In this document: one piece after another, positions 28,401 to 37,024 of the stretch
How the letters are laid out: each line of letters begins with the position of its first letter
Numbering within the stretch: the stretch's first letter is position 1
IMG/VR virus record: IMGVR_UViG_3300043409_003130
Coordinates: 1-64,000 of that record
Reading direction: 5' to 3' (one strand)
Source: a virus
Lineage: Duplodnaviria > Caudoviricetes
Length of the DNA stretch: 64,000 bases
Made by a program: the position numbers and the translations under genes
Notes under the pieces: generated by a model
Databases searched by the model: none
The model's input: only the letters and a program-made list of their open reading frames with translations
What the model was told of the DNA's origin: nothing

Positions 28401-30725
28401 ATGTCAAATTTAAAAATAAAGGCTCATACTTCGTTTATTGGAACCACCGGTTATAATAATCATGCTCAGTCATTTTTTAAAACCCTATCAAAGTATACAC
28501 CAGTTGAAGTTAGAAATTTTACAATAGGTAAAAGCTGGACTAATTATTCAGATGAACCACATAATGGTGAGCCTTATTTAGATAATACCCTAAAAACAAT
28601 GTTAGTTCAACAAAGTTTATGGGATCATAATAAGCGGCTGTCGGACTATCCAATTTATAAAAATTGGCATAATCCAGGCAAAGCGGATATTAACTTAGTT
28701 TTAAATGAAACCAATCATCACTATTTTTATCAAGACTATCAAGGCTATTCAATTGCCTATAACGTTTGGGAATCAACTTTACAACCTGAAGCTTTTTTTA
28801 ATAGACTATTAGACTTTAATGAATTATGGGTTCCTTCAAAATGGCAACGAGACTGTACGATTGCTCAAGGTTATCCAGCTGATAAAATATTTGTTATACC
28901 AGAAGGCGTTGACTCTGATATATTTTTTCCAGAAGAGGTTAGCCATCCACTAACCAGTAATGGCAGATTTACCTTTTCTATATTTGGAAGATGGGATTAC
29001 CGAAAGTCAACCAAGGAATTAATAGAAACTTTTTTATCTGAATTTTCAAAAGACGAACCGGTTGACCTAATATTAAGTATTGATAATCCATACTCTGGTG
29101 ATGGGCTAACGAGTACAGAAGAGAGACTTGCCCATTATAACTTTACAGATGACCGCCTTAAAGTATTACACTTACCGCCTAGAGAAGAATATATTAAATT
29201 ATTAAAGTCAACTAGCGTATTTCTTTCATGTGCCCGAGCCGAAGGTTGGAATCTTCCATTAATTGAGGCAATGTCATGCGGAACTCCATCAATCTATTCA
29301 AACTGCTCAGCTCAATTAGAATTTGCAGAAGGTAAAGGTTTACCAGTTAAAATAGTTGGTGAAAGGCCGATTAGTGAAAGTACCTATGCTCATTTTAATG
29401 AGAGTATTGGAAACTATTATGAGCCTGACTTTGTAGACCTAGCAAAGGTAATGAGATCAGCCTATACAGATTGGGCTAAATATAAAAAGGAGGCACTATC
29501 CCAGGCCAAGGAAATTCATAAAAATTTTAATTGGGATAAAATTGCAAAAGAGGCAATGGATCATATTAATAGTCAGTCTGAAATCATTAACCGTGTGAAC
29601 TCAGCTGCTAGCAAACCGCTAAATATTGGCCATCATTTTGTTAGAGGCGCACATATTGAGTTATCCGGAGGCGATCCTAATCAATATTGGGTTGAATTTA
29701 TAAATCAATCAACCGGCAAAGTTGAACACTCTGGAGAAATTTCAAATAGTATGTGGATTAAAACCAGTAAAACCTATTTTATTGACTGGTTAATAACTGT
29801 AAAAGACCTTTCGTCAGGAGAAATTGTGTTTAACAAAAAATTAGATCTATTAGATAAACGTGTCTATATTTCGCTTGATTCAAAATCATTAGGTGATACC
29901 CTAGCCTGGTTTCCAGCAGTTGAAGAATTTCGTAAAAAACACAAGTGTAAAGTTATATGCTCTACTTTTCAAAATGATTTTTTTGAAAAAACCTATCCAG
30001 AAATAGAATTTATTAAACCTGGAGATGAAGTACACGATGTAAAAGCCCTATATTCAATTGGGTGGTATTATGGTGAAAATGAAGAATTAAATCCAAATAT
30101 GAATCCTAACGAGACTAAAAATCAACCAATGCAAAAAACTGCATTTGATATTTTAGGGCTTGAATATCAAGAAGTTGTTCCAAAATTAAGTATTCCAACT
30201 GAAACTAAAAAGAAACAGGTTGCCATTGCAATTCATGCAACTTGTCAGGCTAAATATTGGAATAATCCAACCGGTTGGCAAGAGGTTGTTGACTGGTGTA
30301 GTTCCCATAATTATGAAGTTGTCCTAATTTCAAGAGAAGATTCAGGTTTCATGGGAAATATTCAGCCTACTGGTATTAGAAAATTACCAAGCGGTCCAAT
30401 TGAGGCAGCTATTTCTGAAATTTCAAAGTCTGAAGCTTTTATTGGAATAGGCAGTGGTCTAAGTTGGTTAGCATGGGCATTAGGAACTCCAACTATCCTA
30501 ATTTCAGGATTCTCACATGACTATACCGAACCACTTACAAATACCAATAGAATTTGTTCACCGGCTGGTAAATGTGCAGGTTGTTTTAATACTCATAAAT
30601 TAGATCCAAGCGACTGGAATTGGTGCCCGATCCATAAAGGAACTGACCGCCAATTTGAATGTTCTAAATTAATTACAGCAGACTCGGTAATATCTCAATT
30701 AAAGACGATACTTGGTCTCGTATAG
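28401..30725 (+). CDS. GT4 glycosyltransferase fused to an Aah/TibC-like autotransporter O-heptosyltransferase domain
   Basis: GT4 EX7E motif EGWNLPLIEAMSCG. C-half has KRVYISLDSKSLGDTLAWFP, FIGIGSGLSWLAWA, LISGFS and four iron-finger-like Cys (CAGC...WCP...FECSK), as in TibC/Aah. Confidence 0.85.
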   Translation: MSNLKIKAHTSFIGTTGYNNHAQSFFKTLSKYTPVEVRNFTIGKSWTNYSDEPHNGEPYLDNTLKTMLVQQSLWDHNKRLSDYPIYKNWHNPGKADINLVLNETNHHYFYQDYQGYSIAYNVWESTLQPEAFFNRLLDFNELWVPSKWQRDCTIAQGYPADKIFVIPEGVDSDIFFPEEVSHPLTSNGRFTFSIFGRWDYRKSTKELIETFLSEFSKDEPVDLILSIDNPYSGDGLTSTEERLAHYNFTDDRLKVLHLPPREEYIKLLKSTSVFLSCARAEGWNLPLIEAMSCGTPSIYSNCSAQLEFAEGKGLPVKIVGERPISESTYAHFNESIGNYYEPDFVDLAKVMRSAYTDWAKYKKEALSQAKEIHKNFNWDKIAKEAMDHINSQSEIINRVNSAASKPLNIGHHFVRGAHIELSGGDPNQYWVEFINQSTGKVEHSGEISNSMWIKTSKTYFIDWLITVKDLSSGEIVFNKKLDLLDKRVYISLDSKSLGDTLAWFPAVEEFRKKHKCKVICSTFQNDFFEKTYPEIEFIKPGDEVHDVKALYSIGWYYGENEELNPNMNPNETKNQPMQKTAFDILGLEYQEVVPKLSIPTETKKKQVAIAIHATCQAKYWNNPTGWQEVVDWCSSHNYEVVLISREDSGFMGNIQPTGIRKLPSGPIEAAISEISKSEAFIGIGSGLSWLAWALGTPTILISGFSHDYTEPLTNTNRICSPAGKCAGCFNTHKLDPSDWNWCPIHKGTDRQFECSKLITADSVISQLKTILGLV

Positions 30726-30735
30726 ATAATTCTAT

Positions 30736-31353
30736 ATGATTTTAAACTCAAGACAGAATGGATTTCTAATAAATTTACCGCAGGATTTTTTTAATGCTGA
30801 GGTTCAAACCCGATATGATAAATATTACAGAAATTTATTATTACCGTATAAGTCAATTTCAGATTTTATGGCATCTACCATTCAAGGAGTTAATTTTCCA
30901 GGTTTAACAACGGTATTGCCTACTCAAATTAGAACACTAGGCAAAATTCAAGAAGTGCAAAGTGCAAAACCTATTGCGGATATGTTTACTAGAGAGTTAA
31001 AATTAACTTTTAAGTTAACTGATGCATATCTTAACTATTTTATATTTTTAGATAATGCACTAAATTATTTAGAACCAGCAAACACCTCAACCTCGTATAT
31101 TGGAAATACGGCACTAGGCCAATCGTTAACCGTTCCGCCAATTGCCAATAATAATCATCCATTTTTTAGTCCAATCCGATTAACTCTATTAAATAACGAA
31201 GGGTATGCAGTAAGTTCAGTAATATTTAACCGGCCTCAGCTTAAACAGCTCAGTGAATTAACCCTAAGTTATTCAGCAGTGGTTCCAAAGTTTAGCTTTT
31301 TTACTGCAACTTTTAGCTATTATAATTTTGATTTAGAATTAGACTTTGACTAA
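30736..31353 (+). CDS. Tail tube-like / tail completion protein (T4 gp3-like)
   Basis: IQGVNFPGL, ELKLTFKL, IRLTLLN and terminal FTATFSYYNF follow the gp3/gp19-fold pattern. Confidence 0.55.
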   Translation: MILNSRQNGFLINLPQDFFNAEVQTRYDKYYRNLLLPYKSISDFMASTIQGVNFPGLTTVLPTQIRTLGKIQEVQSAKPIADMFTRELKLTFKLTDAYLNYFIFLDNALNYLEPANTSTSYIGNTALGQSLTVPPIANNNHPFFSPIRLTLLNNEGYAVSSVIFNRPQLKQLSELTLSYSAVVPKFSFFTATFSYYNFDLELDFD

Positions 31354-32147
31354 TCGATTCCGCCTGGAATTACTAAACCTTCTTCTGCTAGTTTAGCTCG
31401 ATACTCTTTTAAAATAAGAGGCATATTTAATTTAGGATTAGTACTTTGACTAGCGGTTGTTAATAAAGCGAGCGTCTTTTCGTAGGTATTCCATTTAGCA
31501 TATGGATAATTTTTTCCAAATAATATATCTGAAATTTCAGGAATTGTATCTGCAATAAGCTTGCGATCAACTATTTTATAATTAATCTTTTTTAATTCTT
31601 TAGTAAATTGATATATTCCGTCCGGTCTAAACATATATCCTTTAAACTGGGTTACAGTACTGTTCTTTTCAATTTTATCAAACTGCATAGAGTCTAGTGC
31701 ACAAAATATCAAAAAGACTCGGTGCTTAGTGGAATAGTCTTCTTCATCAATTGACTTATAGAAAATATCATTTATATTACGATTTGTGTCTAATGGTTTG
31801 ACAAACATATCAAATTGTACAAAGTGCCCTTTAGAAATTTCAAATTTAACTGACACAATATTAAATCCATAAAATATTTTTGTTTCGTATCCAGCCGTTT
31901 GAATTTTTGCTGATATATCAGGCAAACTAAGCTCAGAATAAAATAGTGCATCAAGATCTCCGGAAATATCTTTTTGTCTCCATGAACCAATTAATTCAAG
32001 TTCAGCTTCTCCAAATAATTGAGTCATTGCACTTTGGAATTTAGCAAAGGCCGGCTCAACTTCTGCACGATTAAGACTCTGTGCATCCGGAAAAGCATTT
32101 CCACCTTCGGTAACGGTAAATGTTTTAAACTCTACTAGATACTTCAT
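31350..32147 (-). CDS. Pol-beta-superfamily nucleotidyltransferase
   Basis: LIGS...SGDLD motif (hGS-x-DxD) plus VQFDMF third Asp. Leader MKYLVEFKTFTVTE-GGN resembles a capsid-targeting sequence. Confidence 0.7.
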   Translation of the reverse strand: MKYLVEFKTFTVTEGGNAFPDAQSLNRAEVEPAFAKFQSAMTQLFGEAELELIGSWRQKDISGDLDALFYSELSLPDISAKIQTAGYETKIFYGFNIVSVKFEISKGHFVQFDMFVKPLDTNRNINDIFYKSIDEEDYSTKHRVFLIFCALDSMQFDKIEKNSTVTQFKGYMFRPDGIYQFTKELKKINYKIVDRKLIADTIPEISDILFGKNYPYAKWNTYEKTLALLTTASQSTNPKLNMPLILKEYRAKLAEEGLVIPGGID

Positions 32148-32911
32148 ATATTTGGATCTTGGCCGGTTGTTTGATCAACCCAACCACTTGTTAGTGTATT
32201 ATTATTAATTGAATCCTTTTTAACTATACCAATTTTGTCCATAATATTAGAACTTTTACGTTTAGAAGTTTTTTCAAAACTAGGGAAATACGTTTCAACC
32301 GCAACTGCTAACGAAACCGTTATTTTATTATCCGTGTTCATGGTAAATGTTGAATATTTTTTATCAACCAGTTCAGTAGACGGAAATGAAAATTGTGCAG
32401 GAATTCGAACTCCATTATATTGAAAATACATTACTCTATTTGAATAATATATGTCTAATAACTGTTCAGCAATTTTAAATGCTTTATTTAAATTATCACA
32501 AATAATTTTAATATCAAATTTTACAGAGAGCGGAAGTGTATAGAGTTGAGCTGAATAACCAGTAAGAATATTTGCATCATTTGCTCCCTTTTCAGTAGCT
32601 GAAAATTGTCCTCTAACAAATTTATTTGTAATATCAGCCGAGCTCACCTCAAAAGAAGTCAATGATACAATTCCTCTAGGAATAATATCGTAAGCTCCTT
32701 CCGCTACCGGTATTTCACAGTTATCCGGTAAACCTACATAAAAATCCTTTAAGAAACCTTCATCGGTTGCAAAATTATATAAAAATGGCACTGAAAATGT
32801 CTCTTTATGATCTGCTCTAGAAATAGTAAGATGCATTTCGCTATTTAATAAGTCAAGCAGAGAAATTGTTAAATTTCTTAAAAATATATCATCGGTATTT
32901 AATGTATTCAT
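32144..32911 (-). CDS. Tail terminator / sheath stabilizer (T4 gp15-like)
   Basis: VPFLY, IIPRG and LPLSVKFDIKIICDNLNKAFKIAEQLL parallel the gp15 pattern. Confidence 0.6.
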   Translation of the reverse strand: MNTLNTDDIFLRNLTISLLDLLNSEMHLTISRADHKETFSVPFLYNFATDEGFLKDFYVGLPDNCEIPVAEGAYDIIPRGIVSLTSFEVSSADITNKFVRGQFSATEKGANDANILTGYSAQLYTLPLSVKFDIKIICDNLNKAFKIAEQLLDIYYSNRVMYFQYNGVRIPAQFSFPSTELVDKKYSTFTMNTDNKITVSLAVAVETYFPSFEKTSKRKSSNIMDKIGIVKKDSINNNTLTSGWVDQTTGQDPNI

Positions 32912-32920
32912 ATTTATTAT

Positions 32921-33334
32921 TTAATTTGATGAAAATCCGATTACTGCTAATACTGCAAATACACCAGCTGCAATTTTTATAATTTTATTCTTACTACGTT
33001 CTTTCTTAACGTCCTTTTCTAAACCTGTAACAATTTGGGTGTACTTAACCTCTTTTTGTCTATATAAATCAATTTGTGATGAAAAATTAGCTACTTTAGA
33101 AACATATGTATTAACCAGTCTCTCATTAGTTAAATTCTTTTCTTCTAACTGATTTACTAATATAATAGTTTTAGTTAATTCTATTTTAGCAGAGTCACCT
33201 CTTACTAAATCTATTGCAATCTGCTTTGCAATACTATCTGGAAAGCAGTGAACTTTTTTATTTGTAGCGATTTGTGAAAAAGTCATCGAGCTCAACAGGA
33301 GTAGCCCGACTAATATCTTTAATTTTCTTACCAT
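32921..33334 (-). CDS. Secreted coiled-coil protein with C-terminal TM helix (spanin-like partner)
   Basis: Signal peptide MVRKLKILVGLLLLSSMTFS|Q, coiled coil and C-terminal hydrophobic helix; overlaps the upstream gene by 77 bp. Confidence 0.55.
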   Translation of the reverse strand: MVRKLKILVGLLLLSSMTFSQIATNKKVHCFPDSIAKQIAIDLVRGDSAKIELTKTIILVNQLEEKNLTNERLVNTYVSKVANFSSQIDLYRQKEVKYTQIVTGLEKDVKKERSKNKIIKIAAGVFAVLAVIGFSSN

Positions 33335-33611
33335 AATAATTTTGTATTTCTTTTATTTTATTTTTAGTTGAGTCAATTTGTTGATCTGCAACAACTAAGT
33401 TATGTTGATACCCTATAATTAGGCTATCGTATTTAAGTTGATCCTTTTCTAATTTAGAGATAATTGTTGATAAACTATCAATTTGTGACTTTTCTTTACT
33501 ATACTTGTCTGACTGGTCTGGGTCAATTGAAATACACAGTGATACAATTAAAATTACAATTATAATTACCAAGGTCCAAATTAGTTTGGTTCCATTTTCT
33601 AGTCCTGTCAT
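33258..33611 (-). CDS. Membrane-anchored coiled-coil protein (i-spanin/Rz-like)
   Basis: N-terminal TM (LIWTLVIIIVILIVSLCISI) followed by a heptad-rich periplasmic-type segment. Confidence 0.55.
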   Translation of the reverse strand: MTGLENGTKLIWTLVIIIVILIVSLCISIDPDQSDKYSKEKSQIDSLSTIISKLEKDQLKYDSLIIGYQHNLVVADQQIDSTKNKIKEIQNYYGKKIKDISRATPVELDDFFTNRYK

Positions 33612-33649
33612 ATAGTTATTTATATTAAGTTTTAGTTACTTTACCTATT

Positions 33650-33686
33650 AAAAAATTATGCACTACTGTTGAGATAGTGCATAATT
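33650..33686 (-). terminator. Intrinsic terminator downstream of tmRNA
   Basis: Inverted repeat AATTATGCACTA/TAGTGCATAATT followed on the minus strand by a T run. Confidence 0.75.
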
Positions 33687-33693
33687 ATTCCCG

Positions 33694-34075
33694 TGGAGGC
33701 GGAGAGATTCGAACTCTCGTCCGTATAGCCTCAAATTAGGCCTTCGTTTACATGCTTAGTTAATTTTGCTAAACTAACAAACTTCACAGTTCCCTTATTG
33801 AATAGGTCGGTTTACTGAGAACTTATCTTCTATATCACTTTTAACGATATTGATCATATCGGTTTGCAACTTTGGGTTACTTAAGCAGTTGCCGCTTACC
33901 ACTTATGCAGCTAATAAAAGCTCTTCAGTAGCTGGAGTGTTAACTTGGTTAACAAGGCTCCAGAAAGTTATATTGTTGTCAATTAACTTACAGTAATACC
34001 AGGTTTACGAGCTTTAAGTATCATCCTCGACATGCAGACTCAATTGGATAACTAACGTCAAATCCGGTCGCCCCC
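33694..34075 (-). ncRNA. ssrA: tmRNA (transfer-messenger RNA)
   Basis: 5' end GGGGGCGACCGGATTTGAC; 3' end GGACGAGAGTTCGAATCTCTCCGCCTCCA. Seven-bp acceptor stem with G3:U70 and discriminator A; T-loop TTCGAAT. Tag frame 33980-33903 encodes DNNITFWSLVNQVNTPATEELLLAA*. CCA is not encoded. Confidence 0.95.
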
Positions 34076-34144
34076 AATTAGTATAATAATAATATACTAT
34101 AATTATTTATCTGGTATCAAAAATTAGGTAATAAATATTGGGAT

Positions 34145-34152
34145 TATAAATA
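34145..34152 (+). promoter_or_regulatory. T4-late-like promoter TATAAATA
   Basis: Exact T4 late consensus 22 bp upstream of the baseplate gene. ATAAATA recurs before many structural genes. Confidence 0.6.
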
Positions 34153-34174
34153 ACTAAAAAGAAGTCTCAAGATA

Positions 34175-36037
34175 ATGGCTAATTTATCAACTCAAAATAA
34201 TTCGCTTAGGCTATTTACAAGCCTTAAAATAAGAATCGGTGATATCTTAGGTGAAACTATTGGTTTTTTACAGGAAACCTTTAAACAAAGTAAAACAATA
34301 TTTACTGCAGCTTCTCCATTTGGCCAATTACTAATTGTTTTTGAAAACTTAAGTCAATTAATTTTTTATTATATTGAAGATTCAATTACTGAACTTAATA
34401 TTTATGAAGCGTCTAGAGCATCTTCAATATATTCGTTAGCTAGTTTAGCTGGACACAATCCAAGCCGAGCCATTGGAGCAATTGCCCAAATTAGAATTAA
34501 ACCAAAGACTGGTATATCATTTGAAAATAATATCATAGTATTAAATGATTTGCTTAAACTTAGGTGTACAAATAATGGACTTCAATACGTGCTTGAATTA
34601 CCACAAGATGAACTTAGGCTTGACTTAACAGATTTTCAAACCCTAACTGTTTTAGGTATTAGACAGGGGGAGGTTCAGTCCCAGACCTTTACGGCAAAGG
34701 GTATTGCATTTGAGAGTTATCAAATGGGTTTAGAAAATAATTATTATGTTGATAATTTTAAAGTAAATGTTTATGTAAATGGAGAAATATGGACTAAATA
34801 CGAGTCCCTATTAGATATTCCGCGCGGTGATAAAGGTTTTATTATTAAAACTGGAATAACCAACGGTTTAGATCTGTATTTTGGAAATGGATCATTTGGT
34901 AAAATACCAACTCTTGGCTCTACTATTGTTGTTGAATATCTTAGTTCAGAAGGAGCTGGCGGCAATATCAAAATAGATGATGCTAGACAAATTAATTTTA
35001 CGTTTGACGAAACAGGTTTTTCAATAGTAGGCGATGAAATTGACTTAAATTCAGTATTAGAAATTACCGTAATAAGTCCTCCAAGCTTTGGAGTTGACCC
35101 AGAAGAGCTTGAATTAACCAGATTAATTGCACCAAAGGCATCTAAGAATTTTGCACTAATTAACGTGGATAATTATGAAGTCTTATTACACAAATTACAA
35201 ATGTTTTCAACTATTCGAGTATTTTTAGCTCCGCCTCCTGCGCCAACTTCGAATACTATACCTGCTGTAATTGCTGCTACTGGCCTGGTTGTTACTGGCC
35301 CGGTTACTGGTGTTGCTTTACCAACTACTGTATCGGGTAGTTCCCCTACTATAACTGCTGCACTTGGAGGTTCTTCACTTGCGCGTATGATTAATTTATT
35401 TTTAATACCCGATGTTTCACAGTTATTTGCAAATGGTAGTGACTATTTTAAACTAAATACCGATAAGTTTAAATTAACAAATTATCAAAAAAATCAACTT
35501 TTAAATTTTATAGAACGATCTGGAACTAAAATGATTTCTACCGATATTATAATTATTGACCCTATCATAACTAAATATGTTTTAAATATAAGTGTTATTG
35601 GATTTGAAGATGTTTCAAATGATATAATTAAATCGGATATAACTAATGCAATTGGTCAATATTTTATTAAATTAAGTAGATATGATCGAGTTCCAAAAAG
35701 TGATTTAATTAAAATTATAGAAGAGGTAAATGGAGTAGACTCAGTAAGTATCACCATATTATCTGAACTAAATGAAAAGGCTGCAATTGATAGAGCCACT
35801 CTTGTGTTAACTGGGGCGAGTTCCACAACTAACCAAATTCAATCTGAAGTATTAATTGGATTAGATGAATTTAACGATATCATTATTAATTCTAATCAAT
35901 TTCCAGTTATTAGAGGAGGCTGGAGAGATCGTGCCCAAAATTTGTATAGTGAAGTTATCTCAACTACTGAACTTAGCCCAATTAATATTGAAATAAAAAC
36001 GGTTAAAACAAAACGTAACAAAATAACATTATTATGA
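34175..36037 (+). CDS. Baseplate wedge protein (T4 gp6 / baseplate J-like)
   Basis: ASRASSIYSLASLAGHNP, LYFGNGSFGKIP, IVVEYLSSEGAGGN and IIEEVNGVDSV are gp6-like motifs. Confidence 0.8.
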   Translation: MANLSTQNNSLRLFTSLKIRIGDILGETIGFLQETFKQSKTIFTAASPFGQLLIVFENLSQLIFYYIEDSITELNIYEASRASSIYSLASLAGHNPSRAIGAIAQIRIKPKTGISFENNIIVLNDLLKLRCTNNGLQYVLELPQDELRLDLTDFQTLTVLGIRQGEVQSQTFTAKGIAFESYQMGLENNYYVDNFKVNVYVNGEIWTKYESLLDIPRGDKGFIIKTGITNGLDLYFGNGSFGKIPTLGSTIVVEYLSSEGAGGNIKIDDARQINFTFDETGFSIVGDEIDLNSVLEITVISPPSFGVDPEELELTRLIAPKASKNFALINVDNYEVLLHKLQMFSTIRVFLAPPPAPTSNTIPAVIAATGLVVTGPVTGVALPTTVSGSSPTITAALGGSSLARMINLFLIPDVSQLFANGSDYFKLNTDKFKLTNYQKNQLLNFIERSGTKMISTDIIIIDPIITKYVLNISVIGFEDVSNDIIKSDITNAIGQYFIKLSRYDRVPKSDLIKIIEEVNGVDSVSITILSELNEKAAIDRATLVLTGASSTTNQIQSEVLIGLDEFNDIIINSNQFPVIRGGWRDRAQNLYSEVISTTELSPINIEIKTVKTKRNKITLL

Positions 36038-36279
36038 TAAGAAATTCAATTTATTGGGGTATATACAATAGAAAAGACCTTCGACTAAATTTAGGATTTA
36101 GATATAAAGGTCAAGTTTTAAAAAAGACCCTATCTAATCAAATGTTTGGAGTTAATCCAATATTAGATGGATTTATTGACTATATGGAATCATTTATATA
36201 TGAACATATTGAGGCAGTAAAACAAATAAAAATCTTTGCCAATCCGGCACTAGATAAAAACGAAAACCGACTAAATTAA
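36034..36279 (+). CDS. Small hypothetical protein, probably baseplate-associated
   Basis: ATGA-coupled to the gp6-like gene. Confidence 0.5.
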   Translation: MIRNSIYWGIYNRKDLRLNLGFRYKGQVLKKTLSNQMFGVNPILDGFIDYMESFIYEHIEAVKQIKIFANPALDKNENRLN

Positions 36280-36286
36280 ATAATTC

Positions 36287-37024
36287 ATGGCTCAAGTATT
36301 TAACAAAGAAAAAAAGGCACAAATTCGCGGTGAACTTGAAGACCTATTATCCACATACCAAGGCGGACCAAATCCAGTAGATGATATTGCGGATTCTCAA
36401 CTAGGTGAAATTGCAATGGCTCCGCCGCTTGATTTTGAAGAGATGAATTCTAACTTTGAAAAACAGGCAAAGGATATTACAAATTCAATGCTTAAATTTT
36501 ATGTAGAATTAGGAGTACTTGAAAAACATGAATATTTAAAACAGAAACAGATTTTAGATAATTCAAATATTCAAAATATCTTTTTTCAGTTAAAAACAAT
36601 TCGAATGGCAATTGAAAAAATAACAGAAGAAATTAATCAAGGCAATACTCATCCACGACTTTTTGAAGTATTTGGGCAGTTACAGGATAAATTAACAATG
36701 GTTGTAAAAACCCAAGCCAATTACATGTTATTTCTAGAGGATACCTATAAAAAAGTACATCAAGATATTGAACAACGAGGCAGTGGATCTTCTAAGTCAG
36801 TAACTCCATTAATTGAGTCTAGTAATGAATATTATATAACAGCCGGCACTAAAAATTTAATAAAAGAGATAACAGTTGAGGAAATTGATAAACCATCAGA
36901 TACTCGCCACCTAACTCATCCTGATCGAAAAACTGAAGTTATGCAAGAACGCGGATTAACTCAAATAATAAAGCCTGAAACTTTGATCGATGATTTGTCA
37001 GATGATGTTAACTCGTTAATATGA
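36287..37024 (+). CDS. terS: Terminase small subunit (T4 gp16-like)
   Basis: HPRLFEVFGQLQ matches the gp16 'PRxxEV' motif; lies immediately upstream of and coupled to TerL. Confidence 0.7.
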   Translation: MAQVFNKEKKAQIRGELEDLLSTYQGGPNPVDDIADSQLGEIAMAPPLDFEEMNSNFEKQAKDITNSMLKFYVELGVLEKHEYLKQKQILDNSNIQNIFFQLKTIRMAIEKITEEINQGNTHPRLFEVFGQLQDKLTMVVKTQANYMLFLEDTYKKVHQDIEQRGSGSSKSVTPLIESSNEYYITAGTKNLIKEITVEEIDKPSDTRHLTHPDRKTEVMQERGLTQIIKPETLIDDLSDDVNSLI

